Assembly (NCBI GenBank): GCA_029717555.1
Contig: JAMDHS010000066.1
Location: 1 to 64,000, forward strand
Direction of reading: 5' to 3'
From: Peribolospora baueri
Taxonomy: Eukaryota
Length of the DNA stretch: 64,000 bases
A program made the position numbers and the translations under genes. Positions 9,376 through 22,224 of the stretch are shown here, piece after piece. The notes beneath the pieces are model-generated. The model did not search any database. It saw only the letters and a list, made by a program, of their open reading frames with translations, and was not told the origin of the DNA. The stretch's first letter is position 1. Every line of letters starts with the position of its first letter.

Positions 9376-12300
9376 ATGTCGTTCCTACGCTCCCTAGCTC
9401 AGGGCCAAGGAGGCAAGCTCCCCGAATACCTCGAAACCGCGGACTTCTCCAAAGATCTCAGTGAGAAGTCCGCTTGGGGGGATTCGTTCGTGGCAGATCT
9501 GGCGTTGCCCGGGGAGGTGTGCGTAATGGCAGCCGAGCCCGTGCAGGGATACTTTGCCGTCGGTGAGTGTTCAGCCGAATTGCGCGGTGGGACGAGAAAC
9601 GAGGCTGCATCGATCGCACTTTACTCTTTCCTTGAGACTATGATGCGAACCTCGTATGGAAGGCACATTTTTTACCTTTGGTGCCCTTTTCACTGCTTTT
9701 CTTGATGTCTGCTTTGCTTGACCCGCGCAGGGACTGTCGCCGGCACCATCCATGTTTTCGGCTCTCCCGCTGTCTCTTTCACCATCCGCCTGAAGCCGGC
9801 GCTCAAAGTCAAAAACCTCTTTTTCAAGCCTGGAAGCTCGCTTTTGTGCTGCATAGGTACATGACCAATTCCTTTCGCCTTCCGTTTTCCATTTTCGCTC
9901 GTCGCCCTAATCCATTTCCACTCGTCTGTTCTCGACCTCCTCGCCTTATCCCCTGCAGACGCCAAAGATTCGCTAGCCGTCTACGACTTGACTTACGTCG
10001 ATCCGGCTACATCACTTCCAGTCCGCACCGCTGTGCACTCCTTGCGCAATGTCGTCACCTGTGTCGAGGTCTCACCGTCTCACTCGCACGTCTTCGTCGG
10101 CTTCAAAGATGGCACGATCGACGCATACGACCTGGACCGCCATGTTGTCTCTCCTTACAAAATACCCAACCTATGGTGGGAAGAGGAAGAGATTTTGCGC
10201 AAGTCTGGCGTGCCCGGAGCGCCGACGAGGAGGCACATCCCTATGGTCATTGAGGCGCGCGTGAGGCCGAATGACATCAACCAGATGCTTATCGCGTACG
10301 AGGGAGGCGTGGTTTTGCTCGACATCAAGAGGAAGATACAGCTCAAGACGTACCAACTGCGTATCATGCCTGGCGCGATCGGAGGCGGTAACGACCCTAA
10401 CGTGTTCACGGAGCGCTCTCCGGCAGTAACTTGCATCGCCTGGAGGCCTGACGGTGAGGTGTTCGTGGTGGGATACGAAGACGGGTGCCTTGCGTTTTGG
10501 GCGACTGAGGAGGAAGAGAAGCCCTTGCTGGTGCGTACGCTGGAGCTTGGTGAGAAGGGATTGGACGTCAACAAGCCCGGCCATCTCGCTGTCGACGCTT
10601 CCGGCAATCTGGAGTATCCCGGAGGGCCGGTCCGGGAGCCCATTTTCAAAGTCGCTTGGAGCGCTTTTCCAGCCGAGACCTGGTTCACGACGGCCGCTAC
10701 AGCTGCCCAGGGTTTTTCTCGAGCCCAGGACACGGATTCCAGCGGAGCGGCCGACCAGACAGCGGCACCAGAAAGCACCCCATCGGGCACTATTCTTACT
10801 GTCCTCGGAGGAACGCTTGTCACTGCGCCTGCTGGAATCACCTGTCTCCACTTCCTTCCGCACGCAGCTTCTGTCTTCTCTATGTCCAATCCGCTCGAGA
10901 TCCACAAAGCGCTCCGCGCGTCCGTGGAGAGGTTCTCGACGAAGGACACGCACAACGAGACGGGAATGACGCACTACCAGACCAGTACCCCGGTGGAGGA
11001 CTTTTGTCTCATGCCGAGAAGCAATCCTCACTACAGCATGGCTTATGACCCAGTCGCCATTGTCGCTCTGTTGGCTCCGGAACCGGACTTGCCGCCCATG
11101 CCCCCACCTGCTCCTTCGAGGGGGTTGCGAGCTTGGCGCTTTCCCCAACGAGCACGACCCTCGACCGATCCTTCCTCTCCCGAGAATTCTGGACGAGTTA
11201 TGCAGCCTCCTACACAGCAGTCGTTGTTGCTACCTGCTTCCTTGCAGTGGACCGGTGCTGGAGCACTCCTCGGCTTGTCGGTGCACACAGTCTCACCGGC
11301 TGGGTATCGCTCGCTCCTATCCGGTCTCTCTGCTCCTCCCGGTGCGGGCTCTTTGGAGATGTCCTTCGGCGAATCTCAACTCTTGGCGAATGACGCTCTT
11401 GAAGCTGCCTCCGTCCCCGATCCTCTTCCCCTTCATGGAGGACATGCAAGTGCTAATCTCAGGGGTGACGGTCACGACGACGCTGATCGACTGGCGAGGC
11501 TTTCACCGAGGAGGATTCTTGTCACCTGGCATCTCGACTCGACCGTTCGCTTTTGGGACGTCAGCCCTCAGCTTTTGCTCGTCGCTGAGCCCATTGGCGT
11601 TTATGACAAGGGCAAGCGACCAGAGCAGCAAGCGCAAGCTGACTTGGAAGGGGACGAGGAAAAGCCGCAAGTACATCTCCAGCGGCCATTTCCGTGCCCT
11701 CTGCCCCATCTCACCATCTCCCTTCGAGGTCTCCTTATCCACTCGCCGCCGCCGCCTTCACCTCAACCGCATCCAATCTACAACCGCTTCAAAACGAATC
11801 CGCAGAGGCTAAAGATTGAGAATGTCAAGTTTTCTCCCGAAGCTCTGGAAGCTGTCATCATTCTCCGCAGTGGGGAGGTAGGGGTCTGGCGATTTGGAAA
11901 AGCGCGAGCGAGCGAGGCGCTCGCGCATGCCGAGGGCCAGTTCAGTCCGGCACAAGGCGTTTCTCCGCGCACACAATGGACTTCGCCCGATTCTTCACCG
12001 ATGGGTATGGACGAGCAAGCGTCTGAGGCGATGGATTCACTTGACAACGAGATGGTAGCTGCGCTCAAAGAGATGAGCACGGATCAGCCCAACTCACGGT
12101 TACAATCTGGCGGCACACCCGACCCGGGTGCCATGCTGGCTTCAGAATCTGAGCGCGGTTCGTTTCATTCGACCCGTTTGATGGTGCGGGATGATGGCAA
12201 TAGCGACAGCTCTTCCGCAAGAGAAGGTTCCAGCAACAAGAGCGGCGCCGGTCCGCCTCCCCGACCCCCGCGTAATCCTTTGCATAGACTGAGCAAGATA

Positions 12301-14074
12301 CGAAGCAGCGGCGAGAGTAAGAGGCAGGAAAGTTCCAAACGACTTTCTGCAAGGGGGCCGCCGATTCCGTCGCATGCTGAAGAAGGGCGAATGGGCATAC
12401 CGGCGCCCATTGGCGGCGGCAGTGGAGGCGGGGCAATTGGCGGCTCGGAGGAGATCGAAGATATCTCGTGGGCTGCGAGGTGGGATACCGACGGGTTCAA
12501 ACGTAAGTCGACCACTTCTGACTTTGGCTTCTTCGGCACGTCGGCTCACCAATACACATTCTTCTGTGTTTCACGTATATAGCCTTCTGTTTTATCGACC
12601 TCCGGCGCGGCGAGATCGAGGCGATTGAGTCTTCTGACGTGGGCTTCCTCGCTCTCGCAGCCGGATCAGCGCTTTACATTGTCGACTTCCGCGGCCCCGA
12701 AGTCCTACTCCGCGAAGATCCCGCTTCGGCAGCCACCTCGGCCGCCGATGCGGGACCGTATGCGACTCTGACCTTCGCCATCTGTCGCCTCACTCCTCCC
12801 GACCCTTCCGGTGGTAAGAGCCGCGACTCTACCAGTGCCGTCGACGCCTCTCTCGGTTTGAGGCTTGTGGCAGTGCGGAAGGGCGGTACAACGGCTCTCT
12901 ATACTCTTTCGCAAACGCTTGGACAATGGGTCGTTACGCACCACACTGATCCAAAGGGAAAGGAGAGCTGGAGTAACCCCGACATGAAGAATCCCATCGC
13001 GAGTTTCGTTGTCGACTCGGACGGAAGGGAATGTCGGGCGGATCGGGTGAGCTTACAGGAGGCGCAGAGGGAGCACGAGAGCATGATGTTCGGGCGGGAT
13101 CAGCAGGTCGCTCTTTGGATCGGCGTGGCCGAAGGAGGTAGGTCGCTCAGGACGAAGGTCCATTTTCCTTGTCTTTGTACTGAATTCTTCCTTTGCGTTG
13201 CCGTCTTCACCAGCCGTGACCATCAGATCAGGCATCGCAGGCCCCCGGGCCGCGAAGCTCGAATTATCGGCCCTGGACACAGTTAAGCACGCCTCGCTCA
13301 TCTCTCGGCACGGCTCGCACGTCCTTGCAGTCTTTGACGCGAGAGGCAGCTCCTGGATCCTCTCTCTTCCTCAACTCGAACGCGTAGCCCGTCAGAGCAA
13401 CGGGCTGAGGGACGGCAACGTGTACAAGCCTTCGATGGACAAGGACTCGGGCGAGCTATTCGAGTACCGCGGCCCGCTAGACGTCCAGCTCCGGGTTTTC
13501 AGCGTGAAAAGGGCGGCTGGAATGCCTCGCTTGCGCCTATACTCTCCTCGCCCGATTCCCGCCCAGCCGGCTCGATTCACCGTGGCTACGAGCATGATCT
13601 CGAGTTGGTGGGGTGGTGCCAATGCAAACGCCACAAATACCACGGGAGAGGAGCTGGACGCGGTGAGCAGGCGGACAATCGTGCCTTGTGCATGTTTCAC
13701 TCTCGCTCATCGTGGCTTTTGGCTTGTCGTCTTTTGTCTGAGCCCAGGTTCTCGCTGGACCCGATCGACCGCCGCCACCCCAGCCGCCGGTTATCCAAGG
13801 CCTGGCGAGTTCTCCACCACCACGTGTTCGCCCTGCCCGCCGCCAGGATTCGTCGGCCTCCGCCTCCCGCGAGGCGTCCACTTCGCGCCGCACAGAAGCA
13901 ACAAGAGAGCAGCTGCGTATGAACGTGGATGCCTTGGAGGAAAGGGGGGAGACGATGAAGTACCTCGAGGATGGCTTGCAGAGTCTCGAGAAAGGAGCGA
14001 GCGATTTCGTGGCGAAGACGAAAAAGTTTACGGCGATGAACGCTGCGAAGGGAACTGGAAAGTGGTTCTTGTGA
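9376..14074 (+). CDS. SRO7: Lgl/tomosyn family WD40 exocytosis regulator
   Basis: N-terminal AAEPVQGYFAVG/T, WD40 blades (QMLIAYEGG, VTCIAWRPDGEVFVVGYEDG, TWHLDSTVRFWD), DVGFLALA, LDAVLAGPDRP and an R-SNARE-like tail; stop at 14072-14074. Confidence 0.88.
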
Positions 14075-14418
14075 ATGGGTGGGGGCGACGGCTCGTGTCA
14101 GTCTGTTTATTGACGTTTGAGAGGTCGGAGAAAGAGACCGTGCTCAAGCTGGCCCCTCCGCTTTCCACTCTCGTCTTTCGATCCTCTTGCGGCGTAAGAC
14201 GAGCCATCTAGACTACCGCGATTCACTCCGCCGGCCTACATAATTTGATGAATTGACGTTGTCTACGGTGCAAACCGCCAACACCACCTTAACTCGCAAA
14301 GCCTGGATCCCGCACGACTCACAAAGGGTAACTAAGGCAGAGAGAAACTTTCAATTACCGAAAAAGCACCTTTCCGACAAGCCGATGAACCCTTCGAACC
14401 TCCAGGGCCCAAGGGAGC

Positions 14419-16446
14419 TCAATCCCAATCCTCTATCCATTGAACACGATAGTACAGATACCCTCCTTCGTCCGCCCTGCCCACGCCCGGCTTCCGCGGC
14501 AGCACAGTGCGCTGCGTGACTGCGAGACACCATCGTTGTCCCCGGAGCTGGGGTCGAGACCGCGGATAACCTTCGTCCCTCCCATGAATCGGAGGGTCAG
14601 AGGGTTGTGACGATAAAGTGGACGGAGAAGCGAATGAGGGCGAGCACGCTCCGCTTTCGCTCTCTCTAAAGCCAGAGCTGGAGTCAGAGGGACGCTTATT
14701 GACGTCCACTACGGGGCCGAAGACCTGCTCCAGCTTCTCGAGCTCCTCTCGTCTCCGCGGGGTGTATCGAAGGGCAGAGACGAGATGCATCGCAGGAGCA
14801 ACAGAGGACGGCCCACGCCATGACAGAGACGGAGGTGGCTTGCGAAGGTAGCGTTCCGCACAGGCGCGAATCCAAGATGGGTGGGAGGCAGAGTAGATGA
14901 CGTCGGCCGCGAGGATAACGTCGAAAGTGTCGTCCTCGTCGGTGTCGGTGGCAGAACAGAGGGATTCGCCACACAAACGGCGAGCGTCGAGGGAGGATCG
15001 ATAAACAGCCTCCCAATCCAGTTTGCGCACCTCTACGACCGGATCTTCAGTCCCAGCCTCCACACGATCCCCCTCTCCCATATCACACCCATCCCCACCT
15101 TCGTCATCGCCAGAGTCAAGACAATTGGACCGACACCTGAGCCCATTCCTATTGACGTTGTCGCGCAAATTCTTCAGCGCGAGAGGGTGGTAGTCCGTTA
15201 AGACCACCTCGGGCGGAACGGGAGAGGAGCCGTGAGGCGCGATCTCGAGGGTACCTCGGAGCTGAAGGACCTTGGCGGTAACTATGCCCGCCAGACCCGT
15301 TCCAGCTCCCAGTTCGAGGATCCTTCCCCGCCTCCCTTGCCCTGTCAAAGGCTGCTTGACGTCCACGTGGCCTGCACAGGGCGCGAACTCAGCGCTGAGC
15401 AGGAACCGATCCGGCTCCGCGGCAATCCATTCTGCTAGAATGCTGGCCGAGGCCCAGGTCTGGGTGCCAACCGAGGTGGGATCGGTCATTGAGACAGGGT
15501 CGTCATTGAGGGTTATCAAAACCTCAGGAGATGAGGACGGCGAGCGAGGACCATGGAAGGAAGAGGATGAGGGAGCCGACAAGGCGTAGGAAGGAGAGAT
15601 ATTTAATGTTGAGGACGACGCTGCCGCCGCTTCTGGCCGGAACGACGCGGGACAGAAAGGAAAGCTAAAGTTCCGCAGAAGTGCTGGTCCGTCCTCTTCT
15701 TCGTCCCTGCCCTCGTCCGCGTGGCCCGTATCCGTCTTCTTATCACCTCCACGTCTCATCCGTACACTTCCAGAGAGCAAACCGGCAGCTCGTTCGATCA
15801 CCTCCTCGGTCTCCGCCTGGTCCTGGTCCAGCCACCAAGCGGCGGAAGCGACGAGTCGTTCCAGCCAAGTGGTCGCAAAGCGGTGTTCGAAAGCGTCCAG
15901 CGTCGGCCGATCGTCGTCGCCGTCGTACTGATCATTAGCACCGTCCAACGCTTCCTTGTTGGCGCTGTAAGCTGAGGGGTGAGCTTGAACCCCGTAACCG
16001 CAAAGTGCGAGCCGGTCCATAGCGGAGGAGAGCTCTACGAGTGACGGGCTGGATTTGAGAGGGGGAAGAAAGGCTGTGGGAGGTGGAGATGGATTGGGAG
16101 GAGGCAAGGCGTTGCGTTGGGAGTCTTCTTTGACCCCTGCCGGAAGACCCACACAAGCGGGTTCGAATCGCACCTCCTCAGGCCCGACATCGCAGGTTCC
16201 CGACTGGCGGGAGAGATCGAGTGGCTCGCGAGCGAGGAGGGTGGGAAGTTGCTTGCTCGAAGACTGAAGTTGAATCTGTTTGATAGCGGGCGCTCGCGGA
16301 GCATTGGGCGGCGAAGAAGACAACGCCTCGACACAGGCGTGGACTTGAGCTTGGGAGGGGGATGAAGAGAGGGACGGGCGCCGGGGGCGGGAGATTGAGG
16401 AGCGCCGGCGGCCGTGGGCGTGGGAAGGGGGTGCGGGTGCGATCAT
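14419..16446 (-). CDS. family-16 (METTL21-like) protein-lysine methyltransferase, Efm2-like; apparently intronless
   Basis: Motifs VGTQTWASASILAEWI, ILELGAGTGLAG, VLTDY, KLDW, FDVILAADVIY; likely start MIAPAPP at 16446. Confidence 0.85.
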   Translation of the reverse strand: MIAPAPPSHAHGRRRSSISRPRRPSLSSSPSQAQVHACVEALSSSPPNAPRAPAIKQIQLQSSSKQLPTLLAREPLDLSRQSGTCDVGPEEVRFEPACVGLPAGVKEDSQRNALPPPNPSPPPTAFLPPLKSSPSLVELSSAMDRLALCGYGVQAHPSAYSANKEALDGANDQYDGDDDRPTLDAFEHRFATTWLERLVASAAWWLDQDQAETEEVIERAAGLLSGSVRMRRGGDKKTDTGHADEGRDEEEDGPALLRNFSFPFCPASFRPEAAAASSSTLNISPSYALSAPSSSSFHGPRSPSSSPEVLITLNDDPVSMTDPTSVGTQTWASASILAEWIAAEPDRFLLSAEFAPCAGHVDVKQPLTGQGRRGRILELGAGTGLAGIVTAKVLQLRGTLEIAPHGSSPVPPEVVLTDYHPLALKNLRDNVNRNGLRCRSNCLDSGDDEGGDGCDMGEGDRVEAGTEDPVVEVRKLDWEAVYRSSLDARRLCGESLCSATDTDEDDTFDVILAADVIYSASHPSWIRACAERYLRKPPPSLSWRGPSSVAPAMHLVSALRYTPRRREELEKLEQVFGPVVDVNKRPSDSSSGFRESESGACSPSFASPSTLSSQPSDPPIHGRDEGYPRSRPQLRGQRWCLAVTQRTVLPRKPGVGRADEGGYLYYRVQWIEDWD

Positions 16447-16972
16447 GGCTGGCGGTGGGCGATTGAGTGAAGAGTGGACGGGGGGCGAAGAGCGAAGGAA
16501 GACGAAGATTTGAAAAAGACAAGCGACGAGGCGCAGATTGAAAGGGCGACGAGAAGGCTTGTCCACAATGCCTATCTAAGCTGAGAATGGATGAGGCGAA
16601 AAGGAAAATGCAAGCGAAAGGACGTCCGACAGAGCGTCGCTCTATGAGTCTAAGGAAGCGTCTATGGCTCTATCCGTCCGATTGTCTAATTATCTATCTC
16701 CGGAGAAGGACGAAAGGGAGGGTGTTACGGAGACACGTCGGGCAAAGTGGCGGAGGAAAGTGGGGTGAAGGGTGGCAAGTCGGTTCGGGAGAGAGGTGTA
16801 TGTGGTGGATGTCAGATGAGAAGAAGGAACGCATGTCGGCTCGGGCCGACATGCAAACGAGGGATTGCCGCAGCCGAGGAAGGCATGGCCCGAGCGTCGT
16901 CGACCCACTGGGCGCCAGAGGCGCACAATTTTCGTCCGTTGTTTCTTCCCTCCACTTCCAGGCGTCGTCGAA

Positions 16973-17884
16973 ATGACATCGACCATACGAAGCCTCCCGA
17001 TTGGACTCTCTGGACTGCGCTCCAGTCTCCTCCGTTCAGCCTCCTTCACTACGTCTCCTCCTCACGCCTCATCGTCTGCCCGTCGCTCTCGCGCCTTCCT
17101 GTCTCGCGGCCTCTCCACCTCTCCAACACCGAACGCCCGCCGCCCCACCCGCCTCACAGCGGCCTTGGATGCTCTCCGCGCTAGAGCCGCCAAAACAGGT
17201 TCAGACCCAGCGTCATTGATTTTATCGTTCCTTTTCCTCCACGAGCTCACCGCCATCGTGCCTCTTGTCGCCTTGTTCTTCGCGTTCCATTGGGCCGGGG
17301 CCGGGGAGCGGGTTTTGGAGATGGCGGGTGTCAGGGTTGGTGCACGGGTGGGAGATGGTGCAGAGGGCGAGGGCACGAGCGGAGCCTTTGGCTGGGTGCA
17401 GGCATGGGTTGACGAAGGGATAGTGAGGGCGGAGAAATATGGGAGGAGGAAGGGTCTGTGGGGTCTTAAAGACAGCAAGGACGATCAGGATCGTCCTACC
17501 GTCCAGTCATCGGCGTCTCCCGATCGCACAAGCACAGCAGGCTCTGTCAAGCTTGCAGGAGGGTTCGCAGATGCAGTGGCTGCGTATGCCGTCACGAAGG
17601 TGGGTGTGCGAGCGGAGAGCGACGACGCTGCCGGGGATCGTTTGGGCCCATCTGATCAGACCAACGCGACTCTCTTCGCTTCATACTACCACATCCGCGC
17701 ACAGGCCCTTCTGCCCCTCCGCATTGGTCTATCCCTCTACGCGGCTCCACCATTCGCCCGACTTGTCTTCGAGCCGGCAAAGCGGCTGGTTCGAAGAGCG
17801 ACACGACGCGTGTCTTCCCCACCCGCCCGCCCTTCGTCTTCGTCGTTTTCCTCGCGCTCGAGTTCGGGGCGCTCGTCAGAATGA
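16973..17884 (+). CDS. mitochondrial MRX11/FAM210-like membrane protein
   Basis: Ser/Arg-rich presequence-like N-terminus; SFLFLHELTAIVPL and AYAVTK/ALLPLRIGLSL motifs; intron 17600-17704. Confidence 0.75.
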   Translation: MTSTIRSLPIGLSGLRSSLLRSASFTTSPPHASSSARRSRAFLSRGLSTSPTPNARRPTRLTAALDALRARAAKTGSDPASLILSFLFLHELTAIVPLVALFFAFHWAGAGERVLEMAGVRVGARVGDGAEGEGTSGAFGWVQAWVDEGIVRAEKYGRRKGLWGLKDSKDDQDRPTVQSSASPDRTSTAGSVKLAGGFADAVAAYAVTKVGVRAESDDAAGDRLGPSDQTNATLFASYYHIRAQALLPLRIGLSLYAAPPFARLVFEPAKRLVRRATRRVSSPPARPSSSSFSSRSSSGRSSE

Positions 17885-18428
17885 GCCGTGGTTACCGTTG
17901 GTCGATGTGATGTGTTATGGTGCACCGCTCGATGGAAGTTCGGAAAGGAAAGGATTGTTGGTTAAATTCTGTAGGCGATGGCCGAGCGTGTCCTACTCGT
18001 TTAATTCAGCGCGAAGACAGAAGGGGCAAGACGGATGTATGAGCTACTTCATCCTCGCTCGCAACGACCTCTTTAAGGGACGTGCACCGCCGCTTCGGCA
18101 CTCGATGGAATGTGAGGCCTGCGGAAGGAGCGAAAGAGGCCTGAACGACGGACTCTCATTTCGTGCGGAGGCGAAGTTGCGCTGCGGCAGATGATCACGT
18201 GTACGTGGGTGGCCTTCACCTTCGACGACTGGCCTGCTGCGGCACTGCGACGGCTGCGGCACTTCGACGTCTCTGAAATTTCATCCAGGTTGCGCACTCC
18301 CTTCACGTCATTGCACGTCCCCCAAGTCCGGCCATCATCGACCATCTGTCTATCTCATCTCCCTCCTCCGTAAATCCTGACTGGAAGCGACATCAACGCG
18401 GAGCGGTCGAGCGGGCTTAATATCCAAG

Positions 18429-19067
18429 ATGCATTTGATGTACACGCTGGATGAGGTGAGCGGGTGGTCATGGTGGACCTTGCTTCCTCATGTGTGGCTG
18501 TCCGTACATGGTCCGGTCGATTGGCAACGGCTGATCTAGCTCTCTTCTACGACCGCCCCTCCCTCTCGCAATGTTCCTTTCTGCCATGCATGCTTTGCTT
18601 TACTCGCGTCTCGTCTCTATCGCCAACTCGAATCGATCAGAACGGCAACCGGGTCTACACCCTCAAGGTGAGCAAGCCTGTGCTTCCAGCTGGTCTTCAC
18701 TCGATTTCATTCGTCTCTTCGACGGACGTTCCACTGGGCGGGGTTTAATATCGTCTTCCGCCACTCATCCTTGCCCTCTCCGTGTTTGCCTTGTACTTCC
18801 CCTACCCGATCGCTTACAGAAACTGACCAAATCCGGTCAGATCACCAAGTCGGCCCATCCTGGTGAGTTTTGCGGCCTGCTTGGTCCACTTCCTTCCATG
18901 CCATTCCCTGACGCCGACGTAACTCGGTTCCCACACGTGCACTACTCCACCACGTCCCGCGACGCGTAGCGCGATTCTCTCCCGACGACAAGTTCTCGCG
19001 GCACCGCGTGACGATCAAGAAGCGTTTTGGCATTCTGCCGACGCAGTTGCCTGCCAAGCCGATGTGA
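18429..19067 (+). CDS. NOP10: H/ACA snoRNP protein Nop10
   Basis: [64 protein letters not shown]; 4 exons. Confidence 0.96.
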
Positions 19068-19753
19068 TGGGTCGGGGCCTCGGATCTGGCCAGCAGTGGG
19101 GCTGTTCGGAGTAGAAGGAGCGAGCGGGGTGGCAAGGCGATGGGATGTCGGGCGTGGTGCAGGCCGAGCATGCGCACATACATGCCTAGTGCCCGCCAGC
19201 GAGCGAGAAAGAGCTACGCGGGGCATGCGATGTGATGCGAGCACCAGTGCGTCTGCGGGGGCTGTGTGTCTGTTTATGTCCCGTCACTGTAACATACGTA
19301 TCCTCCACATGTATGGGGTCGACCATCGGTTCGAATGGAGGAGCATGAGCATGCTATCGACAACAGCATTGCAGTCCTCTTTCTTGCTTCTTTCCTCCCT
19401 CCCTCCCTCCCTCCTTCCCTCCCTCCGTCGCTCTCCTCGAGATGCACATCCATCCGATCCATCCGGTGTCCTTCCCAAGGGCGCTCGACGGCATGGACGG
19501 TGGGTAAGACGCAAGAATGGCGATGCGAATGACGGGACATGATCGGATCTTCGCTCAGCTCAGCGCTCTCTCCGGCGCGGGCGGGGCGGATCGTGAGCGT
19601 GATTACGTGATCCCGAGGCGAGGTCCGGCGTCCGACTCCGGAGTTAAAGGTCGGGCCGTCGGCCGCCGTGGAGGACGTGCTGTTCTGCTCGCCATCCCAT
19701 CCTCACTCCGGCTCGGCTCTGCTTTACTCGGCCTCCGCGGCGGCGCGGTCGGC

Positions 19754-19802
19754 CATCGCCATCGCAATCGCAATCGCAATCGCAATCGCAATCGCAATCG
19801 CA
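19754..19802. repeat. (AATCGC)n hexanucleotide microsatellite
   Basis: Directly visible tandem repeat. Confidence 0.9.
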
Positions 19803-20516
19803 TTGCGCGGGCGTGCAAGTGAATCGCGCTGAGCGAGCGGCTCGGCCGGGGTCAAGTTACGACGTGCCTGGTCGACCCGGTCGGTCGGTTGGTCGATCGG
19901 TGGAGGGATCGAAGGAAAGGAAAGAAAGCAAAGCAAAGCGCTCGCTCGCCTACGACCGACTTACAATACTTCCATCCTCATTCACGAGCTTTGATCGCGA
20001 CGACGGACGGACGGACGGACGGACAGCCACAGCTCGTCCGTCGGGTTCGGGCCCACGTCGATAAGACCGGCCTGGCTTGGCTGCCGTGCTCACTCACTCC
20101 CCGCTACTTCCTCCCCGCCCCCTACCTTCCCCTCGCCACACTCTACAGCCCCCCTTCTTCGCTCCATATCCCCTCCTCAGAACCGCCACCGACCTTTTCT
20201 CGTCTTTCTTCCTCCGCAACACCACTCCCCGCTCTCTGTCCCCGTCGGCCGTTCACTGCGTCCCCCGTCCCCGTTCCCGCTCACGATCGCCGGTCGTGCG
20301 AGCGAGTGAGCGACTCAACTCCCTCGAGTCGGCTGACTCTCTCTCTCTCTCTCTCGAACGTAGCATTTCTGCGAAACGAAACGTATTTGCTACATGGTGC
20401 CCTCGGTCCATCACCCATCCTTGCATCGTTCCGCGGTCGGAGGCGGAGGCGAGCCCACCTCAACGGAGGAGTTGCAGACAGACACGTCCGCTCACACGTA
20501 TGGCACGCACGATGAG

Positions 20517-21554
20517 ATGGCCATCTCGCCTATTCGTACGTTTTCCTATCGTGCTCTTGCTCTCAGCCTGTCCTTCTCAAGGCCGCTGACGCTCTCTTAC
20601 CCCTCCTGTCTACGCTGCCCGTCCTCCCGTGATCGTCCCCCCGACAGCGATCAAGTCCATCGAGCAATTCGAGGACATTGCGAGTGTCTTTTTTTTTTTT
20701 TCAGCGACGCGACGCAGCGAAGGAAGGAGATGGGGGACGTTGACCAAAGCGCAGGATGGTTCGCTCACTCTTTTTGTGCCTCCCTCGCTCCGCGTTTTCA
20801 ACAGATTAACGGCCCCAAGGTGAAATACATACGTCTACCGCGATTTTCGTCTTGAATCTACGACGGCCCAGGCCGGGCTAACACGTCGATTTCGACTCGT
20901 CGCTCACGTTCTCATGCCTCCTCCCCCACCGCGCGACTTCCTCGCTCCATCTTTCGTTAGCCCGTCCTCGTCGATTTTTGTGAGCTTCCTCTCGTCGTTT
21001 TCTCCATCGAATCGGACGTCGCTCACGCCGTCGCCGCCGCCGCCTTTGCCTGCTCGCCTCTTACGCGCTCTTGTCTTTGCCCCGTTCAGACGCCAGCTGG
21101 TGAGTCGTCCCAGGCCTCGTCGAGTCGCGTCGCCCCTCCCACAGCCGATTGAAACGGAACTCTCGCTTCCTTTCGATCGCCATCGCAGGTGCAACCCTTG
21201 CACGCTCATGCGCCCGCTCTACACCAAGCTCTCCTCGTCTCCCGTCCTCTCCCAGCAAATGGGCTTCTACACCGTCAACGTGGACGAGCAGTCCGACATT
21301 GCCGCCGAAGTCGGCGTGCGCGCCATGCCCACCTTTGTCGTCTTTGTTCGCGGCAAGAGCGTGGATGAGGTTAGGGGTGCCGATCCGAAGGGCCTTCTCG
21401 TGCGTGTTTTTCTTTTCTTTTCTTTTCTTTTTTTTTCTCCACCATCACTTAGTCAATCAATTAATCCCCTTCGGCTTCCTCCCTCCGACATCGCCTCGCC
21501 GCCCATCCATCCATCCATCTGCAGGCCCTGATCCAACGCTTCGTAAGCAGCTGA
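20517..21554 (+). CDS. thioredoxin with atypical WCNPC site (7 exons)
   Basis: MAISPIP/IKSIEQFEDI/INGPK/PVLVDF/YASW/CNPCTLMRPLY...VNVDEQSDIAAEVGVRAMPTFVVF...GADPKGLL/ALIQRFVSS*. An in-frame upstream ATG at 20394 is possible. Confidence 0.85.
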
Positions 21555-22224
21555 CCCCCCCCGCCCCCGGTCCCTTCCCGGGGTCCGCCCATCCGTCTCT
21601 TCCTGTGTTTCCCTTCCTTCTTCTCCTCCTTTCGTCCCCTCCCTTCCTTCCTTTTTTCGTCCATTCGCATGTACCAGTATCGTATTTTCCGCACACATCG
21701 CCAAACCTTGTCCGTCTCTTCGCCCTCCCATCTTGAGTCGAGAATGAAGGGGAAAGAAAAGAAAAACGAGGAAAATGACTCGATCCGACCGGTCTGGTCC
21801 GATTGCAAGGTTCATGTTCGAGTACATTCGTGGGCTGAGTGAGGAGAGCGAAGGAGGAGAGGGGAGGGAAAGGATCGAGGAAGGAATAGTGTCCGTGGCT
21901 TGCGATGATGTGGTGAGAGATCGAGCAGTCGAGAAGGGGAGGCGACCGAAAGGAAACTTGTCACGATGGGGAGGGATGGAGGGAGATGACCCTAAACAGA
22001 AAGACCGGCGCGAAAACGAACGTAAAAAAAAAAACCAAAACAAAACAAAACAAAACGAAAAATAAACCCAAGAGGCTGGTGGGGGAGGGAGCGAGGTCGT
22101 CTATGGGAACCCAGATTGTCCATCGAGAAGGCCGCCCACCGAACTGGTTGGCGAGCGAAAAAGAGAGAGAGACGAGACGACGCGAACAAAAGGGAGAAAA
22201 AAAAAGTCGACCACGGTCCCGGCA

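Noticed and set aside
18456..18969. Intronic snoRNAs in NOP10
   Set aside because: No convincing C/D or H/ACA box arrangement seen.
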